Source: Octopus sinensis (Eukaryota). Taken from it: 64,000 nt of DNA. Shown here piece by piece: positions 54,215-64,000 of this stretch (positions are counted from its first letter, which is position 1; every line of letters begins with the position of its first letter). The stretch is from NCBI RefSeq assembly GCF_006345805.1, contig NC_043005.1, positions 99,882,001 through 99,946,000 of the forward strand, written 5' to 3'. Made by a program: the position numbers and the translations under genes. Under the pieces are notes generated by a model. That model saw nothing but the letters and a program-made list of their open reading frames with translations. It was not told where the DNA came from and did no database searches.

Positions 54215-55045
54215 TACTCGGAGAGACAAAGGACAATGCCAAAACAAAATTGAGAGAGATGCAAAACAACTGGTGGCAACAAAAAGCTGTTGAACTCCAA
54301 ATGTATGCTGATGCCTGTGACCTCAGACACTTCTATGTTGGAACAAAGGAATTTTTTGGGCCTGTGAGATCATCAATAGGGTCTCTTCAATCAGAAAACT
54401 CTAACACTATCCTGACTGACCCACAAGACATCCTTCAATGCTGGAAGGAGCACTTCTCAAGTTTTCTGAACCAAGATTCCAATGTGCAGAGAATTTCTTG
54501 AAGAATGTACCCATTCATTCAACTCGACACAAGATGAACATGCCACCACCCTACGAAAAGTACCAAATTGCCCTCAGTTGCATGAAGCAGTGGAAGTCCC
54601 CTGGCCTAAACAACATCCCAGTGGAAATTCTAAAACATGGTGGACTACTATTAAGTGCCAGCCTGTTCACATTAGTTCTCTCAATGTGGAAGAATCACCA
54701 TGTTCCCCAAAACCTCAAAGGGGATGTTATCATCATCATCTTTAAAAAAGGAGATAGAAAGATAAGTAAGAACTATTGTGGCATCTCACTGCTCCCCACT
54801 GCAGGGAAAATCTTTGCAAGGCTCCTTCTGGATCATCTGCAAGTGATTGCAGAGGAAGTCCTACCCAAATCACAATGTTGTGGATTTCAACCATCCAGAG
54901 GGACAACTGACATGATCTTTTGTGCATGACAAATACAAGGAAAGAGTAGAGAACAACGAAAACCTCTCTATTTTGTTTTCTATAACCTTGAAAAGGCCTT
55001 TGATACCGTCCCAAGGCCTGCAGTGTGTCAGATCCTGATACGTGC
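54215..55045 (+). mobile_element. RTE (BovB-like) LINE ORF remnant, N-terminal part of RT
   Basis: LREMQNNWWQQKA..Q.YAD...FY, WKEHFS, KSPG..IPVEILKHGG, NYCGISLL..AGKIFAR, GF.PSRGTTDMIF, LEKAFDTV; frameshifts and stops present. Confidence 0.9.
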
Positions 55046-55139
55046 TGTATACAAATGTTGTGAAATTTTGAAATCAACATGAAAAATTAGTCAAAAAACA
55101 TTGGTTTGCATTCATACATTTAATTTTGTTGACCAGTGT

Positions 55140-55240
55140 TATAAAACACTGATGACGATAGTAGAAAATACTTGTCCAAGGTGCCACACAGTGGGACTGA
55201 ACCCAAAACCACATGGTTGTGAAGCAAACAACCAGCCTGT
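55140..55240 (-). mobile_element. SINE family A head fragment
   Basis: Head homology. Confidence 0.65.
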
Positions 55241-55332
55241 GCTAGATGTGTAAATGGTATAATATAATATATCATATAATATAATATAAAATAATATAAT
55301 GTTATATATATATGTGTGTGTGTGTGTGTGTG

Positions 55333-55373
<41 letters not shown>

Positions 55374-56239
55374 TATATATATATGTATGTGTATATATAT
55401 GTATACATATGTATATATATGTATATACACATATATATATTCATATTTATGTATATGAATCTATGTATGTAGATATGTGTGTCAGTATGTGTGTGTGTTA
55501 GCAGGTATGTTGAGAAGCATATAACTGAAAAAACAAGGTCAACTCTTGCATTGTACCATTTCCCCAAATGGGTAGTATTGTTGTGATTGACTTTCTTTCT
55601 TCAGCATCAAAACCTGATCATCACCATTACGACTGCTACCACCCTCACATCATCCTTAACAGCCCCACTGTTGCCACACACCCCATCACTCGCATCATTT
55701 TGTTTGATATGTTTTTTTTTCTTTTTTTGCAGAAGGAGGAAAAAGTTTTTCTTGGTTCTTCGTTCTGCTGTTCTTTGCACAATGTCATCAATTAGCCATC
55801 CATGGAAGAAGGACACTTTGCAAAGATATTACATTTATGTATACACATAGTTTGGTAACTTCAAGAATTAGGTTAGGTCTTTGGAGAGAGAAAGACAGGA
55901 AAGGAAGAGAGAGAGAGAGAGAGAGAGGGAGACAGCGGTGAATGAGTATGGAAATAAAACGGAGAGGTGGGGACAAAAGAGTTGAAGAAAGATGGCAAAA
56001 GAGAGAAAAAGTGAGACTGGGGGACGAGAGGGATACAAAGAATGTGAGCAGAAAAGAAAGGGAAATGGGGGGGGGAGGGTTCAAGAGGTAGAGAAAATGA
56101 GTGTGATTGAAGCAGAGTGTTGGGAGTGGAGAGGGAACATGAAGTGAAATGTTAGATGAAAGGGGATGTGACAGCAAGAATGAATCACACACACATACAC
56201 GCAGATGTACATACATGCATACATATATATGTACACGTC

Positions 56240-56276
<37 letters not shown>

Positions 56277-56397
56277 TGAAATGAGACAATTTGGTGCAGC
56301 TGTTTCGACATTGTGAATTTGGTATGGCTGACTGGATATTCAACCTGCTTTGGCAACGGTACATTTTGGTAATGCAAGAAAACACACAGAAATATAA

Positions 56398-56443
<46 letters not shown>

Positions 56444-58199
56444 GCACACACACACACAGAAATACACACATATAAACAAAGAGAGAGAAAAAGATGGAGA
56501 GAATGAAAGAACCAGTAAAACCTCTAATGTCAAATAACTCAGCATTGAATAAGCAATGTCAAAAGAGTTCTATCGAAATGCTTCATACCCTGTGTGTGTG
56601 TGTGTGTGTGTGTACTTGAGGGAATTCCTCTTTGAACAATATCATATTTATACACCTTGAAAAGATCGTACACATAATGCATAAATCGCTGCATATAAAT
56701 ATGCAGCAATATGCAGTTGATGCAATCAAAACACGTGTCAGACAATTATTATGAATAAGCCAACTGTAAATAAATGTAAAGTTTGAATGTTCAAATCCTT
56801 CATTCTCCTTATTATCAATATCGTACTTTACAGTAAGTAGCCATGAAAAAACTGTAACGTGGGGCACCATCTGAAGCAACCAGCCTTGGAATTTTACGTA
56901 TAGAAATTTGGTATCTGCCTGGATATTATATCCTTCCTCTTACTATTTATATGTATCCTACATTATTAGGCAAATCAACCTTCTCTCAATAAGTAAATGT
57001 ATATTCATTCAAAACCAGTTGTTTTCCCACTGACTGTTGGCAACACCTGTCTGTACACATTCTGTTAAAATAAATTGGATCTCAGCAGATGAAAACAAAT
57101 GGTGGCCATTATCAGGTAGCAGCAACATTTCTGCTGTCCCAAATTATTAGGCAGGAGCCCAATTTAAGTGCCATTATGGGTCAGAAACATGATCTTACTT
57201 TGAATAAGAAGTCTATCATTGTGTCAGAGCTTGGAAAAGGAAAACAACCATAAAAATATCAAAAATACTGGGACGAGATCATCGAACAGTGAAGAAATTT
57301 GTGCAGTCCCCTAATTCTGTCCGGTCGAGGGCAGATAAGGGTAAGCTGAGGGTTGCTTCAAATCGTACTTTGTCAAATGGGAAAAGGGGAAGTTGTGTGG
57401 AACCCACGTCTGACAAGTAGAAAAGTCTGCAAACGTTGTGGCAAGGAAGATATATTGAAAATGACAAAGTGTCATCTCTTGATGCAAGTAGCCAGGATTG
57501 ATAAACCTGTGACAAGGCTGCCACACACACACCCTGAGAAGGTTGTTCATGAAGCGACTGAAATGGACAGAAGAATACATTAAGATAGATTTTTCAACAG
57601 TTCTGTTCATGGACGAATGCTGTACTACCCATGATGGACCAGATGGCAGGAGTAAAGGTTGGGTATCAATCAGTGGGAACCATCCTCATCATCTGAAATG
57701 CCAACAGTGGGGAGGTGGAGTCATATTTTGGGTTGGCATCATTAGTGGTATGATGGTCGGGCCATGGAAAGTCCCAGATGGCGTTAAGATGACATCAAAC
57801 ACATGTTACTTTCTTAAAGAACAATTTCTAACAAGTTCAAAATGCAAAAACTTTCATTCAAGAGAAAGCTGGTCTTCATGCAAGAGAATGGCCCATTTCA
57901 TGCAGTGAAGAATTCCAAGGAATACCTGCAGCAATTAGGATTCTCTGGAGGTCGTTTGATGGTGTGGCCACCTTGTTACCCTGACTTAAACCCAAATGAG
58001 AACCTGAAGAGGTGCGTTTACCAAGATGGAAGGTAGCTTTCAAGTAAAGCTGCCCTCTGGAATGCTATTGTAGATGTTGCTCAAAGTATGACACAAGAGG
58101 ATATCATCACCTTGACAAATTCAATGGATCAACAGGTAAGAAAGGTTATTTCATGTGGAGGATGATATATCATACATTAAGAGCTCTATGATATCAGGC

Positions 58200-58671
58200 A
58201 CTTGCCATATTCTGAACGCCTTACTTCCCTGGGCATGGATACATTGAAACTCCGACGTCTGGCAGCTGACTTAGCAGACACCCATAAAATTATCAACCAT
58301 CGTACAAACAATAACTCTGAGCACCTTTTCAAACTCCACCCATCTAACACCTGTGGACATGTTTACAAAGTAAGAAAATAGCACAGCTCCCATGACTTTC
58401 AGAAACATTTTTTCACGCTAAGAGTTGCTGAAGCATGGAACAAACTGCCAGCATTAGTTGTTAGTTGTCGGAGCACTGCATCCTTCAAAACTTCCATGCT
58501 TCCTGAGATTCGCCAACACTACACCTGATTTTCTCCCCTCCATACACACACAAGCATGTATCTGACTCATACACTGTTCACTTTCCAGACATTTGTACAT
58601 TACTAAATATACTTTATACACCCTTTTGACAAGTTGTGGTGCACCTGAGCACTGTATACGATAATTTCATT

Positions 58672-58695
<24 letters not shown>
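58200..58695 (+). mobile_element. CR1 3' end nested in the Tc1
   Basis: Same family as 46060-46607; (ATT)n tail. Confidence 0.9.
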
Positions 58696-58706
<11 letters not shown>

Positions 58707-58761
58707 AATTCCATAATTATTTTCATTCAGACGTATCATTATGTTTACCATGGAGTCCTTT

Positions 58762-59165
58762 ATACTCTTTTACTTGTTTCAGCCATTTGATTGTGGCCAT
58801 GCTGGAGCACCACCTTTAGTCAAGCAAATCGATCACAGGACTTATTCTTTGTAAGTGTAGTACTTATTCTATTGGTCTCTTTTGTCAAACCACTAAGTTA
58901 CAGGGACGTAAACACACAAGCATCGGTTGTCAAGCAATGTTGTGGGGGACAAACACAGACACACAAATGTATACATACACACATACATATATATATATAC
59001 ATATATACGATGGGCTTCTTTCAGTTTCTGTCTACCAAATCCACTTACAAGGCTTTGGTTGGCCTGAGGCTATAGTAGAAGACACTCAAGGTGCCACGCA
59101 GTGGGACTGAACCCGGAACCATGTGGTTGGTAAGCAAGCTACTTACCACACAGACACTCCTACAC
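58762..59165 (-). mobile_element. SINE family A nested in the Tc1
   Basis: Full head, microsatellite and tail. Confidence 0.9.
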
Positions 59166-59682
59166 CTATTATGAATAATTTTTTTGTTAAACCTTTACTA
59201 TTGAATTAAATAAATGCTTTTTCTGACATTTTTATTATATTTGCCTAAAAATTTGTGATGCTGAAAATGTTGCCCAATCACAAAAATGGCCATCACTTCT
59301 TGGCATCTGCTGAGATCCAATTTATTTTAACAGAATGTGTACAGACAGGTGTTGCCAACAGTCAGTGGGAAAACAACTGGTTTTGAATGAGTATACATTT
59401 ACTTATTGAGAGAAGGTTGATTTGCCTAATAATGTAGGATGCAGTGTGTGTGTATATATATATTTATATCGAAAAATAAGAATGAGTGCCCAACATCACA
59501 TTAATGGATAACAATTCTATGTATATTTATCAATTAAGGCTACCATTGGTTTCATGTTAAGAGAAATACCTTAACAGTTATCAAACCTGTCACATGGAAC
59601 ATCAGTGCTCATCTCCATCTTGGATTAAAACATTTATATATTTATGTTCTGTGTGTGTGTACACACACACATATATATATTA

Positions 59683-59715
<33 letters not shown>

Positions 59716-60658
59716 TCCATATACATACTTGCATATACACACACACATCATGACCATCATTAGTTTATCTTCAATAATACATGCTAACATTTGTTGAATG
59801 GGTCATCAAGTGCTTGCATCAGTCCTTATTCATAAGAGAGACAGCTACATGAGGGTTAGTGGTAAGGAAGGTGAGTAGAAAAAAATACAATTGAAAGCAT
59901 AAAAGGAGAAAGAGAGAGAGAGAGAGAGAGCAATAAAATAAAGCATAGTTATAGAGAAGAGAGTATGGAGAGCAGAGGAAAGACTATATGATGACTGTGG
60001 GTAAGGTGATTGAATAGAAATAGCAATGGAATCATGATGTGGTTAAACAGAAGTGAGACAAATAATGGAGAAGGTACTGGACACAGGATACAAGAAAGGG
60101 AGGAAATGAGAGAGAGAGACTGAATGATGCTAATATTGAATAATAAGGAAGGGAGTAATGTGGGAGTCAGGGAGAGTAATAAAGACAAATGGGGATAAGA
60201 GAGGGAGAGTCGTGGATGGCAAAAATGAGTGGCAGGAAGAGGGGTAAAGAGAAAGTTGTCTTTTGTCATCCACTGATGTTGTCTTCAGTCTTTCAGTGAT
60301 ACTGTCTCATGTATTCCATTAGAATTCCACTGATTTGGCCTTCAGTCTCCTGCTGGTATAGTCTTCAGGGCATTCTCTGTTGCTAAACCAGAAATGACAC
60401 ACATGTCTATTCTTTGACTGTTATGTTGTAACTATGTTATCAGAGGCATCCATTAAGATATTGTATTGTCTCTTCATCAAAGCACAGCTTCTCAATGGTT
60501 CCTTTATATAAACAACCAATTCACATCATGTCTGTGTGTGGATGTGTAATCATGTCTTAAACTTATATCTTTAAACATGTCTCATATGGAGGTTGATGTA
60601 ATCCTCAGTAAATATAAGGTAAATCACTGCAAATATTATTATTATTATTATTATTATT

Positions 60659-60847
60659 GAGTGAGAGAGAAGTGCATGCCATCAAAGTGACACTGGGGTA
60701 AAATATACGAAGCCCAGTATACCCATCATGACTACCTGTCTGATAAGGGTACACCAGGCACATGCATCACAACCATATGTGCATGACATGGTGATCTCAT
60801 ATCAAGATAAACAGCACATGACCTTGCAGATGGGGCCCAGTTGGAAT
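60659..60847 (-). mobile_element. 3' half of the 530-bp (TAA)n element, split by the RTE
   Basis: Reverse complement of about 42660-42848. Confidence 0.85.
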
Positions 60848-63427
60848 AGGTAAAGGTGATGACTGCTACAAAGGTAAAGGTGATGACTGCTACAAAGGTA
60901 AAGGTGATGCCCTAGATACAAATAATTACAGGGGTATCAAGCTGTTGGATCAGGTGATGAAGGTTACAGAGAGGGTCATAAGCCAACTAATTAGAGAGAG
61001 AGTTAGTTTAGATGAGATGCAGTTTGGTTTTGTGCCAGGGAAAAGTACCACTGATGCTATATTCCTGGTAAGGCAGCTGCAGGAGAAATACCTAGCCAAA
61101 GATAAGCCCTGTACCTGGCTTTTGTTGACATGGAGAAAGCCTTCGACAGGGTCCCCCGATCCCTCATATGGTGGTCAATGAGGAAACTAGGAATAGAAGA
61201 ATGGTTAGTGAGAGCTGTGCAAGCCATGTACAGAGACGCTGCTAGTAAGGTGAGGGTTGGAAATGAGTACAGTGAAGAATTCCGGGTAGAGGTAGGGGTC
61301 CACCAAGGCTCAGTCCTCAGCCCCCTCCTATTTATCATAGTCCTCCAGGCAATAACGGAGGAATTCAAGACAGGATGCCCCTGGGAGCTCCTCTATGCTG
61401 ATGACCTTGCTCTAATTGCTGAGTCATTATCAGAACTGGAGAAGAAGTTTCAGGTGTGGAAGCATGGTTTAGAATCGAAGGGCCTTAGAGTCAACCTAGC
61501 TAAAACCAAAGTCGTAATAAGTAGGAAGGTAGACAAATCACAAACGCCTTCAGGTAGATGGCCCTGCTCGATCTGTAGAAAAGTGTAGGTAGAAACTCTA
61601 TAAGATGCACCAAGTGTAAGCTATGGACACATAAGAGGTGCAGCAATGTCATAGGAAGGCTAACTAGGAAGATGGTTTTTGTATGTGGCAGATGCTCGGG
61701 AGCATTAACCTCTGAAAATCTGCAGAAAACAACTTCCGTCACTTTCCAGGGGGAAAAACTAGAAGTAGTTGATAGCTTCCATTATCTTGGTGACCAAGTC
61801 AGTAGTGGGGGTGGGTGTGCTGAAAGTGTAACGGCTAGAGTAAGAATAGCCTGGGCAAAGTTTAGGGAGCTCTTACCTCTGTTGGTGACTAAAGGCCTCT
61901 CGCTCAGAGTAAAAGGCAGACTGTATGATGCATGTGTACGAACAGCCATGCTACATGGCAGTGAAACATGGGCCGTGACTGCTGAGGACATGCGTAAGCT
62001 CGCGAGAAATGAAGCTAGTATGCTCCGTTGGATGTGTAATGTCAGTGTTCATAGTCGACAGAGTGTAAGTACCTTGAGAGAAAAGTTGGACCTAAGAGGA
62101 ATCAGATGTTGTGTGCAAGAGAGACGATTGCGCTGGTATGGTCATGTGGTGAGAATGGATGAAGATAGGTGTGTGAAAAAGTGCCACACCCTGGCAGTTG
62201 AGGGGACCTGTGGAAGAGGTAGACCCAGGAAAACCTGGGTCGAGGTGGTGAAGCACGACCTTCGAACTCTAGGTCTCACCAAGGAAATGACCAGAGACCG
62301 AGACCTATGGAAGTATGCTGTGCGTGAGAAGACCCGGCAAGACCAGTGAGAACAATCAAAATCAAATCATATATCAGAAAGCAGGGGTTAAGTGACCCAT
62401 CTGTTCGTGTCCGCTGTCAGCCTCGTCTGGCACCCGTGCTGGTGATACGTAAAAGCACCATTCGCTCATGGCCGTTTGCCAGCTCTGCCTGGCCCCGTGT
62501 CGGTGGCACGTAAAAGCACCATCCGTTGGTGTTCGTTTCCAGCCTTGCCTGGCCCCGTGCCGGTGACACGTAAAAGCACCGTCCGTTCGTGGCCGTTGGC
62601 CAGCTCTGTCTGGCCCCGTGTCGGTGGCACGTAAAAGCACCATCCGTCCGTGTCCATTGCCAGCCTCGGCTGGCCCCCGTGCCGGTGACACGTAAAAGCA
62701 CCGTCCGCTCGTGGCCGTTTGCCAGCTCTGTCTGGCAACCGTGTCAGTGGCACGTAAAAGCACCATCTGTTCGCGTCCGTTGCCAGCCTCGGCTGGCCCC
62801 CGTGCCAGTGACACGTAAAAGTATCATCTGTTCGTGGCCGTTTGCCAGCTCTGTCTGGCCCCGTGTCGGTGGCACGTAAAAGCACCATCCGTCCGTGTCC
62901 GTTGCCAGCCTCGGCTGGCCCCCGTGCCGGTGACACGTAAAAGCACCGTCCGCTCGTGGCCGTTTGCCAGCTCTGTCTGGCAACCGTGTCGGTGGCACGT
63001 AAAAGCACCATCCATTCGCGTCCGTTGCCAGCCTCGGCTGGCCCCCGTGCCGGTGACACGTAAAAGCACCGTCCGTTCGTGGCCGGTTGCCAGCTCTGTC
63101 TGGCCCCGTGTCGGTGGCACGTAAAAGCACCATCCGTTCGTGTCCGTTGCCAGCATCGCCTGGCCCCGTGCCGGTGACACGTAAAAGCACCATCCGTTCG
63201 TGGCCGTTCGCCAGCTCTGTCTGGCACCTGTGCAGGTGGCACGTAAAAAACACCCACTACACTCGCGGAGTGGTTGGCGTTAGGAAGGGCATCCAGCCGT
63301 AGAAACACTGCCAGATCTGACTGGGCCTGACGAAGCCTTCCAGCTTCACAGACCCCAGTTGACCCGTCCAACCCATGCTAGCATGGAAAACGGACGCTAA
63401 ACGATGATGATGATGATGATGATGATG
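60848..63427 (+). mobile_element. Young 5'-truncated RTE LINE: RT coding region to stop 62349, 3' UTR with tandem array, (GAT)n tail
   Basis: NYRGIKLLDQVMK, QFGF.PGKSTTDAIF, DMEKAFDRVP, GVHQGSVLSPLLF, LLYADDL, F.YLG, LRWYGHV, GRGRPRKTW; two apparent 1-bp frameshifts (about 61105 and 61583). Confidence 0.95.
62397..63250 (+). repeat. GC-rich tandem array: 14 units of 60-62 bp with 2-mer and 4-mer higher-order repeats
   Basis: acgtaaaa anchors at 62447, 62508, 62568, 62629, 62690, 62752, 62813, 62874, 62935, 62997, 63058, 63119, 63179 and 63241. Confidence 0.95.
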
Positions 63428-63770
63428 AGTAGCCCATCCTGCTCAAAAGGTCCCTAAATAAGGGTTGTTTAAGGATGTTGAACGAACCACCCATGTTTCC
63501 AGAGGTGAATTATTCAAACCCCAAAGAATCCCTCTCAACACATGGCTATGATGCTCCCCAACTACTTCTGCTCGTGATCAGAGATGCACATATTGTCAGC
63601 CACTAAGGGACATGCTCAACTGGTTAAGGTCAAACAACTGACAAGCAAATCTGTGGTATTGAGCAGAATATTTGATGTGGCCCATCTTTTATACCAAGAC
63701 AAAACAATGTACATGATGACACTTCCAGTCAGTTAAGATCAGAAGCCATGAGAGCCACTGCCTGGGACTG

Positions 63771-63773
<3 letters not shown>
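63428..63773 (-). mobile_element. 5' half of the 530-bp (TAA)n element
   Basis: Reverse complement of 42319 to about 42645; followed by (ATT)n. Confidence 0.85.
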
Positions 63774-63811
<38 letters not shown>

Positions 63812-63849
63812 GGGTGGTGGACAGCTGAATCAGTTGAGTAACCAAAATA

Positions 63850-63980
63850 AATGTATTGAGTGCTGTTATTGTATGTTCTGAATTCAAATATGGCTGGGGT
63901 TGACTGTATTCCTTCATCACAATAAAATAAGAACCAGTAAAATACTCAGGTTAATCGACTCAAATGTACCCCCCTCCAAA
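63850..63980 (+). mobile_element. SINE family B, degenerate partial copy
   Basis: gttctgaattcaaat...ttgact..ccttcatc...aaaataagaaccag. Confidence 0.55.
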
Positions 63981-64000
63981 TACACACACACACACCCACA

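Larger units (their letters stand above)
56952..59446 (+). mobile_element. Tc1-like transposon with long IR/DR-type TIRs, decayed transposase and two nested insertions
   Basis: TIRs 56952-57152 and 59241-59446. Transposase 57176 to about 58175: GRDHRTVKKF, VLFMDE..THDGPDG, GGGVIFW.GI, FMQEN.P.H, WPPCYPDLNPNEN; contains frameshifts. Confidence 0.9.

Noticed and set aside
62374-63371. Long ORFs (up to 301 aa) over the GC-rich array; CRISPR-like appearance
   Set aside because: The open frames result from tandem repetition and GC content. There are no unique spacers or cas genes, and the array lies in a eukaryotic LINE 3' UTR.

Overview
AT-rich, microsatellite-saturated eukaryotic DNA. The SINE, LINE and microsatellite landscape looks like an Octopus (cephalopod) intronic or intergenic region; the species is inferred and was not checked against a database. 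I find no intact host protein-coding gene, rRNA, true tRNA gene or CRISPR array, and almost all supplied ORFs are translations of (TA)n/(CA)n/(GA)n/(AAT)n repeats or of SINE sequence. The window is a layered transposon graveyard. It holds four tRNA-headed SINE families (my labels A-D) with about 45 copies or fragments, plus LINE remnants (RTE, CR1, L1-Tx1, R4/Dong-like). It also holds Tc1 and mariner remnants, MITEs, several nested insertions and a 1.1-kb tandem duplication. The most unusual observations are as follows. (1) A young 5'-truncated RTE LINE carries in its 3' UTR a 14-unit, ~61-bp array with 2-mer and 4-mer higher-order structure and a conserved candidate pseudoknot motif in each unit. 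(2) SINE heads and tails are combined interchangeably, and four family C copies have their own target-site duplications. (3) A decayed Tc1 has outer 140-bp TIR segments that are 138/140 identical while the inner TIR is strongly diverged. (4) The tandem duplication has inverted templated fragments at its junctions. (5) A 530-bp unclassified element sits only in (TAA)n arrays. One possible isolated 93-nt exon lies at 45306-45398. I cannot claim a new biological system with confidence; the RTE 3' UTR array and the modular SINEs are the best leads.
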